This document shows positions 27,070-39,700 of a stretch of 64,000 nucleotides of DNA, piece after piece. The stretch lies in the NCBI RefSeq assembly GCF_009914755.1, contig NC_060936.1; one strand, written 5' to 3'. The position numbers and the translations under genes were made by a program. The notes under the pieces were generated by a model. That model did no database searches. It had not been told where the DNA came from and saw nothing but the letters and a program-made list of their open reading frames with translations. The first letter of the stretch is position 1; each line of letters starts with the position of its first letter. This DNA comes from the human T2T-CHM13v2.0 reference genome, Homo sapiens.

Positions 27070-30000
27070 TAAAGAAGTTACTGAGACTTCTCCTATCAAA
27101 CATTATATGAAGAAATCCCGTTTCCAACGAAGGCCTCAAAGAGGTCCAAATATCTGCTTGCAGACTTTACAGACAGAGTGTTTCCAAACTGCTCCATCAA
27201 AAGAAAGGTTAACCTCCTGAGTTGAACACACACATCACAAAGTAGTTTCTGTGAATGATTCTGTCTAGTTTTTATACGAAGATGTTTCCTTTTCTACCTT
27301 TGGTCTCAAAGCGATTGAAATCTCCACATGGAAACTCCACAAAAAGAGTGTTTCAAATCTGCTCTTTCTGAAGGAAGGTTCATCTCTGTGAGTTGAATAC
27401 ACACACCACAAATAAGTTACTGAGAATTCTTCTGTGTAACATTATATGAGGAAATCCCGTTTCCAACGAAGGCCTCAAAGAGGTCCAAATATCCACTTGC
27501 AGACTTACAAAGACAGTGTCTCCAAACTCCTCCATCAAAAGAAAGGTTATACTCTGTGAATTGAACGCACACATCACAAAGTAGTTTCTGAGAATGATTC
27601 TGTCTAGTTTTTATACGAAGATATTTCCTTTTCTACATTTGGCCTAAAAGCGCTTGAAATCTCCACCTGCAAATATCACAAAAAGAGGGTTTCACATCTG
27701 CTCTGTCTAAAGGACAGTTCACCTCTGTGAGTTGAATAGAAGCAACACAAAGAACTTACTCAGTATTCTTCTTTCTAGCGTTCTATGAAGAAATCCCGTT
27801 TCCAACGAAGGCCCCAAAGAGGTCCAAATATCTGCTTGCAGACTTTACAGACAGAGTGTTTCCAAACTACTCTATGAAAAGAAAGCTTAAACTCCTTGAG
27901 TTGAACGCACACATCACAAAGTAGTTTCGGAGAATGATTCTGTCTAGTTTTTATACGAAGATGTTTCCTTTTCTACATTTGGTCTCAAAGCGATTGAAAT
28001 CTCCAACTGGAGACTGCACAAATAGGGTGTTTCAAATCTGCTCTGTCTAAAGGAAGGTTCAACTCTGTGAGTTGAATACACACACCACAAATAAGTTACT
28101 GAGAATTCTTCTGTCGAACATTACATGAAGAAATCCCGTTTCCAACGAAGGCCTCAAAGACGTCCAAATATCCACTTGCAGACATTACAAAGAGAGTGTT
28201 TCCAAACTGCTCCATCAAAAGAAAGGTTAAACTCTGTGAGCTGAACACACACATCAAAAAGAAGTTTCTGTGAATGATTCTGTCTAGATTTTATAAGAAG
28301 ATGTTTCCTTTTCTACCGTAGGCCTCAAAGCGCTTGAAATCTCCAGCTGCAAATTCCACAAAAAGGGTGTTTAACATCTGCTCTTCTAAAGGAAAGTTCA
28401 ACTCTATGAGTTGAATACACACAGCACAAAGAAGTTACTGAGACTTCTTCTGTCTAACATTATATGAAGAAATCCCGTTTCCAACGAAGGCCTCAAAGAG
28501 GTCCAAATATCTGCTTGCAGACTTTACAGACAGAGTGTTTCCAAACTGCTCCATCAAAAGAAAGGTTAAACTCCTTGAGTTGAATACACACATCACAAAG
28601 TAGTTTCTGTGAATGATTCTGTCTAGTTTTTATACGAAGATGTTTCCTTTTCTACCTTTGGTCTCAAAGCGATTGAAATCTCCACATGGAAACTCCACAA
28701 AAAGAGTGTTTCAAATCTGCTCTTTCTGAAGGAAGGTTCATCTCTGTGAGTTGAATACACACACCACAAATAAGTTACTGAGAATTCTTCTGTGTAACAT
28801 TATATGAGGAAATCCCGTTTCCAACGAAGGCCTCAAAGAGATCCAAATATCCACTTGCAGACATTACAAAGACAGTGTCTCCAACTCCTCCATCAAAAGA
28901 AAGGTTATACTCTGTGAATTGAACGCACACATCACAAAGTAGTTTCTGAGAATGATTCTGTCTAGTTTTTATACGAAAATATTTCCTTTTCTACATTTGG
29001 CCTAAAAGCGCTTGAAATCTCCACCTGCAAATATCACAAAAAGAGGGTTTCACATCTGCTCTGTTTAAAGGACAGTTCACCTCTGTGAGTTGAATAGAGG
29101 CAACACAAAGAACTTACTCAGTATTCTTCTTTCTAGCGTTCTACGAAGAAATCCCGTTTCCAACGAAGGCCCCAAAGAGGTCAAATATCTGCTTGCAGAC
29201 TTTACAGACAGAGTGTTTCCAAACTACTCTATGAAAAGAAAGCTTAAACTCCTTGAGTTGAACGCACACATCACAAAGTAGTTTCTGAGAATGATTCTGT
29301 CTAGTTTTTATACGAAGATGTTTCCTTTTCTACATTTGGTCTCAAAGCGATTGAAATCTCCAACTGGAAACTGCACAAATAGGGTGTTTCAAATCTGCTC
29401 TGTCTAAAGGAAGGTTCAACTCTGTGAGTTGAATACACACACCACAAATAAGTTACTGAGAATTCTTCTGTCGAACATTACATGAAGAAATCCCGTTTCC
29501 AACGAAGGCCTCAAAGACGTCCAAATATCCACTTGCAGACATTACAAACAGAGTGTTTCCAAACTGCTCCATCAAAAGAAAGGTTAAACTCTGTGAGCTG
29601 AACACACACATCAAAAAGAAGTTTCTGTGAATGATTCTGTCTAGATTTTATAAGAAGATGTTTCCTTTTCTACCGTAGGCCTCAAAGCGCTTGAAATCTC
29701 CAGCTGCAAATTCCACAAAAAGGGTGTTTAACATCTGCTCTTCTAAAGGAAAGTTCAACTCTATGAGTTGAATACACACAGCACAAAGAAGTTACTGAGA
29801 CTTCTTCTGTCTAACATTATATGAAGAAATCCCGATTCCAACAAAGGCCTCAAAGAGGTCCAAATATCTGCCTGCAGACTTTACAGACAGAGTGTTTCCA
29901 AACTGCTCCATCAAAAGAAAGGTTAAACTCCTTGAGTTGAACACACACATCACAAAGTAGTTTCTGTGAATGATTCTGTCTAGTTTTTATACGAAGATGT

Positions 30001-33000
30001 TTCCTTTTCTACCTTTGGTCTCAATGCGATTGAAATCTCCACATGGAAACTCCACAAAAAGAGTGTTTCAAATCTGCTCTTTCTGAAGGAAGGTTCAACT
30101 CTGTGAGTTGAATACACACACCACAAATAAGTTACTGAGAATTCTTCTGTGTAACATTATATGAGGAAATCCCGTTTCCAACGAAGGCCTCGAAGAGGTC
30201 CAAATATCCACTTGCAGACTTTACAAAGACAGTGTCTCCAAACTCCTCCATCAAAAGAAAGGTTATACTCTGTGAATTGAACGCACACATCACAAAGTAG
30301 TTTCTGAGAATGATTCTGTCTAGTTTTTATACGAAGATATTTCCTTTTCTACATTTGGCCTAAAAGCGCTTGAAATCTCCACCTGCAAATATCACAAAAA
30401 GAGGGTTTCACATCTGCTCTGTCTAAAGGACAGTTCACCTCTGTGAGTTGAATAGAGGCAACACAAAGAACTTACTCAGTATTCTTCTTTCTAGCGTTCT
30501 ATGAAGAAATCCCGTTTCCAACGAAGGCCCCAAAGAGGTCCAAATATCTGCTTGCAGACTTTACAGACAGAGTGTTTCCAAACTACTCTATGAAAAGAAA
30601 GCTTAAACTCCTTGAGTTGAACGCACACATCACAAAGTAGTTTCTGAGAATGATTCTGTCTAGTTTTTATACGAAGATGTTTCCTTTTCTACATTTGGTC
30701 TCAAAGCGATTGAAATCTCCAACTGGAAACTCCACAAAAAGAGTGTTTCAAATCTGCTCTGTCTAAAGGAAGGTTCAACTCTGTGAGTTGAATACACACA
30801 CCACAAATAAGTTACTGAGAATTCTTCTGTCGAACATTACTTGAAGAAATCCCGTTTCCAACGAAGGCCTCAAAGAGGTCCAAATATCCACTTGCAGACA
30901 TTACAAACAGAGTGTTTCCAAACTGCTCCATCAAAAGAAAGGTTAAACTCTGTGAGCTGAACACACACATCAAAAAGAAGTTTCTGTGAATGATTCTGTC
31001 TAGATTTTATAAGAAGATGTTTCCTTTTCTACCGTAGGCCTCAAAGCGCTTGAAATCTCCAGCTGCAAATTCCATAAAAAGGGTGTTTAACATCTGCTCT
31101 TCTAAAGGAAAGTTCAACTCTATGAGTTGAATACACACAGCATAAAGAAGTTACTGAGACTTCTCCTATCAAACATTATATGAAGAAATCCCGTTTCCAA
31201 CGAAGGCCTCAAAGAGGTCCAAATATCTGCTTGCAGACTTTACAGACAGAGTGTTTCCAAACTGCTCCATCAAAAGAAAGGTTAACCTCCTGAGTTGAAC
31301 ACACACATCACAAAGTAGTTTCTGTGAATGATTCTGTCTAGTTTTTATACGAAGATGTTTCCTTTTCTACCTTTGGTCTCAAAGCGATTGAAATCTCCAC
31401 ATGGAAACTCCACAAAAAGAGTGTTTCAAATCTGCTCTTTCTGAAGGAAGGTTCATCTCTGTGAGTTGAATACACACACCACAAATAAGTTACTGAGAAT
31501 TCTTCTGTGTAACATTATATGAGGAAATCCCGTTTCCAACGAAGGCCTCAAAGAGGTCCAAATATCCACTTGCAGACTTTACAAAGACAGTGTCTCCAAA
31601 CTCCTCCATCAAAAGAAAGGTTATACTCTGTGAATTGAACGCACACATCACAAAGTAGTTTCTGAGAATGATTCTGTCTAGTTTTTATACGAAGATATTT
31701 CCTTTTCTACATTTGGCCTAAAAGCGCTTGAAATCTCCACCGGCAAATATCACAAAAAGAGGGTTTCACATCTGCTCTGTCTAAAGGACAGTTCACCTCT
31801 GTGAGTTGAATAGAAGCAACACAAAGAACTTACTCAGTATTCTTCTTTCTAGCGTTCTATGAAGAAATCCCGTTTCCAACGAAGGCCCCAAAGAGGTCCA
31901 AATATCTGCTTGCAGACTTTACAGACAGAGTGTTTCCAAACTACTCTATGAAAAGAAAGCTTAAACTCCTTGAGTTGAACGCACACATCACAAAGTAGTT
32001 TCGGAGAATGATTCTGTCTAGTTTTTATACGAAGATGTTTCCTTTTCTACATTTGGTCTCAAAGCGATTGAAATCTCCAACTGGAAACTGCACAAATAGG
32101 GTGTTTCAAATCTGCTCTGTCTAAAGGAAGGTTCAACTCTGTGAGTTGAATACACACACCACAAATAAGTTACTGAGAATTCTTCTGTCGAACATTACAT
32201 GAAGAAATCCCGTTTCCAACGAAGGCATCAAAGACGTCCAAATATCCACTTGCAGACATTACAAAGAGAGTGTTTCCAAACTGCTCCATCAAAAGAAAGG
32301 TTAAACTCTGTGAGCTGAACACACACATCAAAAAGAAGTTTCTGTGAATGATTCTGTCTAGATTTTATAAGAAGATGTTTCCTTTTCTACCGTAGGCCTC
32401 AAAGCGCTTGAAATCTCCTGCTGCAAATTCCACAAAAAGGGTGTTTAACATCTGCTCTTCTAAAGGAAAGTTCAACTCTATGAGTTGAATACACACAGCA
32501 CAAAGAAGTTACTGAGACTTCTTCTGTCTAACATTATATGAAGAAATCCCGTTTCCAACGAAGGCCTCAAAGAGGTCCAAATATCTGCTTGCAGACTTTA
32601 CAGACAGAGTGTTTCCAAACTGCTCCATCAAAAGAAAGGTTAAACTCCTTGAGTTGAACACACACATCACAAAGTAGTTTCTGTGAATGATTCTGTCTAG
32701 TTTTTATACGAAGATGTTTCCTTTTCTACCTTTGGTCTCAAAGCGATTGAAATCTCCACATGGAAACTCCACAAAAAGAGTGTTTCAAATCTGCTCTTTC
32801 TGAAGGAAGGTTCATCTCTGTGAGTTGAATACACACACCACAAATAAGTTACTGAGAATTCTTCTGTGTAACATTATATGAGGAAATCCCGTTTCCAACG
32901 AAGGCCTCAAAGAGATCCAAATATCCACTTGCAGACATTACAAAGACAGTGTCTCCAAACTCCTCCATCAAAAGAAAGGTTATACTCTGTGAATTGAACG

Positions 33001-33220
33001 CACACATCACAAAGTAGTTTCTGAGAATGATTCTGTCTAGTTTTTATACGAAGATATTTCCTTTTCTACATTTGGCCTAAAAGCGCTTGAAATCTCCACC
33101 TGCAAATATCACAAAAAGAGGGTTTCACATCTGCTCTGTTTAAAGGACAGTTCACCTCTGTGAGTTGAATAGAGGCAACACAAAGAACTTACTCAGTATT
33201 CTTCTTTCTAGCGTTCTACG
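27070..33220. repeat. Copy 1 of a ~6.2-kb near-identical block; copy 2 at ~46084-52234 (offset 19014 bp = 14 HORs)
   Basis: The two ORF pairs are exactly 19014 bp apart. Shared rare markers: gacttacaa deletion, agaagcaac, tttcggag, ggagactg, ccaactcc deletion, cgaaaat, ggtcaaat deletion, ccaacaaagg, tccataaaa, ggcatcaaa. Confidence 0.92.
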
Positions 33221-33729
33221 AAGAAATCCCGTTTCCAACGAAGGCCCCAAAGAGGTCCAAATATCTGCTTGCAGACTTTACAGACAGAGTGTTTCCAAAC
33301 TACTCTATGAAAAGAAAGCTTAAACTCCTTGAGTTGAACGCACACATCACAAAGTAGTTTCTGAGAATGATTCTGTCTAGTTTTTATACGAAGATGTTTC
33401 CTTTTCTACATTTGGTCTCAAAGCGATTGAAATCTCCAACTGGAAACTGCACAAATAGGGTGTTTCAAATCTGCTCTGTCTAAAGGAAGGTTCAACTCTG
33501 TGAGTTGAATACACACACCACAAATAAGTTACTGAGAATTCTTCTGTCGAACATTACATGAAGAAATCCCGTTTCCAACGAAGGCCTCAAAGAGGTCCAA
33601 ATATCCACTTGCAGACATTACAAACAGAGTGTTTCCAAACTGCTCCATCAAAAGAAAGGTTAAACTCTGTGAGCTGAACACACACATCAAAAAGAAGTTT
33701 CTGTGAATGATTCTGTCTAGATTTTATAA

Positions 33730-36700
33730 GATGTTTCCTTTTCTACCGTAGGCCTCAAAGCGCCTGAAATCTCCAGCTGCAAATTCCACAAAAAGGGTGT
33801 TTAACATCTGCTCTTCTAAAGGAAAGTTCAACTCTATGAGTTGAATACACACAGCACAAAGAAGTTACTGAGACTTCTTCTGTCTAACATTATATGAAGA
33901 AATCCCGATTCCAACGAAGGCCTCAAAGAGGTCCAAATATCTGCCTGCAGACTTTACAGACAGAGTGTTTCCAAACTGCTCCATCAAAAGAAAGGTTAAA
34001 CTCCTTGAGTTGAACACACACATCACAAAGTAGTTTCTGTGAATGATTCTGTCTAGTTTTTATACGAAGATGTTTCCTTTTCTACCTTTGGTCTCAAAGC
34101 GATTGAAATCTCCACATGGAAACTCCACAAAAAGAGTGTTTCAAATCTGCTCTTTCTGAAGGAAGGTTCATCTCTGTGAGTTGAATACACACACCACAAA
34201 TAAGTTACTGAGAATTCTTCTGTGTAACATTATATGAGGAAATCCCGTTTCCAACGAAGGCCTCAAAGAGGTCCAAATATCCACTTGCAGACTTTACAAA
34301 GACAGTGTCTCCAAACTCCTCCATCAAAAGAAAGGTTATACTCTGTGAATTGAACGCACACATCACAAAGTAGTTTCTGAGAATGATTCTGTCTAGTTTT
34401 TATACGAAGATATTTCCTTTCCTACATTTGGCCTAAAAGCGCTTGAAATCTCCACCTGCAAATATCACAAAAAGAGGGTTTCACATCTGCTCTGTCTAAT
34501 GGACAGTTCACCTCTGTGAGTTGAATAGAGGCAACACAAAGAACTTACTCAGTATTCTTCTTTCTAGCGTTCTATGAAGAAATCCCGTTTCCAACGAAGG
34601 CCCCAAAGAGGTCCAAATATCTGCTTGCAGACTTTACAGACAGAGTGTTTCCAAACTACTCTATGAAAAGAAAGCTTAAACTCCTTGAGTTGAACGCACA
34701 CATCACAAAGTAGTTTCTGAGAATGATTCTGTCTAGTTTTTATACGAAGATGTTTCCTTTTCTACATTTGGTCTCAAAGCGATTGAAATCTCCAACTGGA
34801 AACTGCACAAATAGGGTGTTTCAAATCTGCTCTGTCTAAAGGAAGGTTCAACTCTGTGAGTTGAATACACACACCACAAATAAGTTACTGAGAATTCTTC
34901 TGTCGAACATTACATGAAGAAATCCCGTTTCCAACGAAGGCCTCAAAGACGTCCAAATATCCACTTGCAGACATTACAAAGAGAGTGTTTCCAAACTGCT
35001 CCATCAAAAGAAAGGTTAAACTCTGTGAGCTGAACACACACATCAAAAAGAAGTTTCTGTGAATGATTCTGTCTAGATTTTATAAGAAGATGTTTCCTTT
35101 TCTACCGTAGGCCTCAAAGCGCTTGAAATCTCCAGCTGCAAATTCCACAAAAAGGGTGTTTAACATCTGCTCTTCTAAAGGAAAGTTCAACTCTATGAGT
35201 TGAATACACACAGCACAAAGAAGTTACTGAGACTTCTTCTGTCTAACATTATATGAAGAAATCCCGTTTCCAACGAAGGCCTCAAAGAGGTCCAAATATC
35301 TGCTTGCAGACTTTACAGACAGAGTGTTTCCAAACTGCTCCATCAAAAGAAAGGTTAAACTCCTTGAGTTGAACACACACATCACAAAGTAGTTTCTGTG
35401 AATGATTCTGTCTAGTTTTTATACGAAGATGTTTCCTTTTCTACCTTTGGTCTCAAAGCGATTGAAATCTCCACATGGAAACTCCACAAAAAGAGTGTTT
35501 CAAATCTGCTCTTTCTGAAGGAAGGTTCATCTCTGTGAGTTGAATACACACACCACAAATAAGTTACTGAGAATTCTTCTGTGTAACATTATATGAGGAA
35601 ATCCCGTTTCCAACGAAGGCCTCAAAGAGATCCAAATATCCACTTGCAGACTTTACAAAGACAGTGTCTCCAAACTCCTCCATCAAAAGAAAGGTTATAC
35701 TCTGTGAATTGAACGCACACATCACAAAGTAGTTTCTGAGAATGATTCTGTCTAGTTTTTATACGAAGATATTTCCTTTTCTACATTTGGCCTAAAAGCG
35801 CTTGAAATCTCCACCTGCAAATATCACAAAAAGAGGGTTTCACATCTGCTCTGTTTAAAGGACAGTTCACCTCTGTGAGTTGAATAGAGGCAACACAAAG
35901 AACTTACTCAGTATTCTTCTTTCTAGCGTTCTATGAAGAAATCCCGTTTCCAACGAAGGCCCCAAAGAGGTTCAAATATCTGCTTGCAGACTTTACAGAC
36001 AGAGTGTTTCCAAACTACTCTATGAAAAGAAAGCTTAAACTCCTTGAGTTGAACGCACACATCACAAAGTAGTTTCTGAGAATGATTCTGTCTAGTTTTT
36101 ATACGAAGATGTTTCCTTTTCTACATTTGGTCTCAAAGCGATTCAAATCTCCAACTGGAAACTGCACAAATAGGGTGTTTCAAATCTGCTCTGTCTAAAG
36201 GAAGGTTCAACTCTGTGAGTTGAATACACACACCACAAATAAGTTACTGAGAATTCTTCTGTCGAACATTACATGAAGAAATCCCGTTTCCAACGAAGGC
36301 CTCAAAGACGTCCAAATATCCACTTGCAGACATTACAAACAGAGTGTTTCCAAACTGCTCCATCAAAAGAAAGGTTAAACTCTGTGAGCTGAACACACAC
36401 ATCAAAAAGAAGTTTCTGTGAATGATTCTGTCTAGATTTTATAAGAAGATGTTTCCTTTTCTACCGTAGGCCTCAAAGCGCTTGAAATCTCCAGCTGCAA
36501 ATTCCACAAAAAGGGTGTTTAACATCTGCTCTTCTAAAGGAAAGTTCAACTCTATGAGTTGAATACACACAGCACAAAGAAGTTACTGAGACTTCTTCTG
36601 TCTAACATTATATGAAGAAATCCCGATTCCAACGAAGGCCTCAAAGAGGTCCAAATATCTGCCTGCAGACTTTACAGACAGAGTGTTTCCAAACTGCTCC

Positions 36701-39700
36701 ATCAAAAGAAAGGTTAAACTCCTTGAGTTGAACACACACATCACAAAGTAGTTTCTGTGAATGATTCTGTCTAGTTTTTATACGAAGATGTTTCCTTTTC
36801 TACCTTTGGTCTCAAAGCGATTGAAATCTCCACATGGAAACTCCACAAAAAGAGTGTTTCAAATCTGCTCTTTCTGAAGGAAGGTTCATCTCTGTGAGTT
36901 GAATACACACACCACAAATAAGTTACTGAGAATTCTTCTGTGTAACATTATATGAGGAAATCCCGTTTCCAACGAAGGCCTCAAAGAGATCCAAATATCC
37001 ACTTGCAGACTTTACAAAGACAGTGTCTCCAAACTCCTCCATCAAAAGAAAGGTTATACTCTGTGAATTGAACGCACACATCACAAAGTAGTTTCTGAGA
37101 ATGATTCTGTCTAGTTTTTATACGAAGATATTTCCTTTTCTACATTTGGCCTAAAAGCGCTTGAAATCTCCACCTGCAAATATCACAAAAAGAGGGTTTC
37201 ACATCTGCTCTTTCTAAAGGACAGTTCACCTCTGTGAGTTGAATAGAGGCAACACAAAGAACTTACTCAGTATTCTTCTTTCTAGCGTTCTATGAAGAAA
37301 TCCCGTTTCCAACGAAGGCCCCAAAGAGGTCCAAATATCTGCTTGCAGACTTTACAGACAGAGTGTTTCCAAACTACTCTATGAAAAGAAAGCTTAAACT
37401 CCCTGAGTTGAACGCACACATCACAAAGTAGTTTCTGAGAATGATTCTGTCTAGTTTTTATACGAAGATGTTTCCTTTTCTACATTTGGTCTCAAAGCGA
37501 TTGAAATCTCCAACTGGAAACTGCACAAATAGGGTGTTTCAAATCTGCTCTGTCTAAAGGAAGGTTCAACTCTGTGAGTTGAATACACACACCACAAATA
37601 AGTTACTGAGAATTCTTCTGTCGAACATTACTTGAAGAAATCCCGTTTCCAACGAAGGCCTCAAAGAGGTCCAAATATCCACTTGCAGACATTACAAACA
37701 GAGTGTTTCCAAACTGCTCCATCAAAAGAAAGGTTAAACTCTGTGAGCTGAACACACACATCAAAAAGAAGTTTCTGTGAATGATTCTGTCTAGATTTTA
37801 TAAGAAGATGTTTCCTTTTCTACCGTAGGCCTCAAAGCGCTTGAAATCTCCAGCTGCAAATTCCACAAAAAGGGTGTTTAACATCTGCTCTTCTAAAGGA
37901 AAGTTCAACTCTATGAGTTGAATACACACAGCACAAAGAAGTTACTGAGACTTCTCCTATCAAACATTATATGAAGAAATCCCGTTTCCAACGAAGGCCT
38001 CAAAGAGGTCCAAATATCTGCTTGCAGACTTTACAGACAGAGTGTTTCCAAACTGCTCCATCAAAAGAAAGGTTAACCTCCTTGAGTTGAACACACACAT
38101 CACAAAGTAGTTTCTGTGAATGATTCTGTCTAGTTTTTATACGAAGATGTTTCCTTTTCTACCTTTGGTCTCAAAGCGATTGAAATCTCCACATGGAAAC
38201 TCCACAAAAAGAGTGTTTCAAATCTGCTCTTTCTGAAGGAAGGTTCATCTCTGTGAGTTGAATACACACACCACAAATAAGTTACTGAGAATTCTTCTGT
38301 GTAACATTATATGAGGAAATCCCGTTTCCAACGAAGGCCTCAAAGAGGTCCAAATATCCACTTGCAGACTTTACAAAGACAGTGTCTCCAAACTCCTCCA
38401 TCAAAGAAAGGTTATACTCTGTGAATTGAACGCACACATCACAAAGTAGTTTCTGAGAATCATTCTGTCTAGTTTTTATACGAAGATATTTCCTTTTCTA
38501 CATTTGGCCTAAAAGCGCTTGAAATCTCCACCTGCAAATATCACAAAAAGAGGGTTTCACATCTGCTCTGTTTAAAGGACAGTTCACCTCTGTGAGTTGA
38601 ATAGAGGCAACACAAAGAACTTACTCAGTATTCTTCTTTCTAGCGTTCTATGAAGAAATCCCGTTTCCAACGAAGGCCCCAAAGAGGTCCAAATATCTGC
38701 TTGCAGACTTTACAGACAGAGTGTTTCCAAACTACTCTATGAAAAGAAAGCTTAAACTCCTTGAGTTGAACGCACACATCACAAAGTAGTTTCTGAGAAT
38801 GATTCTGTCTAGTTTTTATACGAAGATGTTTCCTTTTCTACATTTGGTCTCAAAGCGATTGAAATCTCCAACTGGAAACTGCACAAATAGGGTGTTTCAA
38901 ATCTGCTCTGTCTAAAGGAAGGTTCAACTCTGTGAGTTGAATACACACACCACAAATAAGTTACTGAGAATTCTTCTGTCGAACATTACATGAAGAAATC
39001 CCGTTTCCAACGAAGGCCTCAAAGAGGTCCAAATATCCACTTGCAGACATTACAAACAGAGTGTTTCCAAACTGCTCCATCAAAAGAAAGGTTAAACTCT
39101 GTGAGCTGAACACACACATCAAAAAGAAGTTTCTGTGAATGATTCTGTCTAGATTTTATAAGATGTTTCCTTTTCTACCGTAGGCCTCAAAGCGCCTGAA
39201 ATCTCCAGCTGCAAATTCCACAAAAAGGGTGTTTAACATCTGCTCTTCTAAAGGAAAGTTCAACTCTATGAGTTGAATACACACAGCACAAAGAAGTTAC
39301 TGAGACTTCTTCTGTCTAACATTATATGAAGAAATCCCGATTCCAACGAAGGCCTCAAAGAGGTCCAAATATCTGCCTGCAGACTTTACAGACAGAGTGT
39401 TTCCAAACTGCTCCATCAAAAGAAAGGTTAAACTCCTTGAGTTGAACACACACATCACAAAGTAGTTTCTGTGAATGATTCTGTCTAGTTTTTATACGAA
39501 GATGTTTCCTTTTCTACCTTTGGTCTCAAAGCGATTGAAATCTCCACATGGAAACTCCACAAAAAGAGTGTTTCAAATCTGCTCTTTCTGAAGGAAGGTT
39601 CATCTCTGTGAGTTGAATACACACACCACAAATAAGTTACTGAGAATTCTTCTGTGTAACATTATATGAGGAAATCCCGTTTCCAACGAAGGCCTCAAAG

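Noticed and set aside
27380-27577. 65-aa minus-strand ORF (identical copy at 46394-46591)
   Set aside because: It lies wholly in satellite and reaches this length only where a 1-bp deletion (gacttacaa, ~27505) joins two frames. The second copy comes from the 19014-bp block duplication. No recognisable protein features.
29090-29281. 63-aa plus-strand ORF (identical copy at 48104-48295)
   Set aside because: It starts at TTG and is open only because of a TGA>CGA change (ctacga) plus a 1-bp deletion (ggtcaaat) in this HOR variant. It is translated alpha satellite, not a gene.
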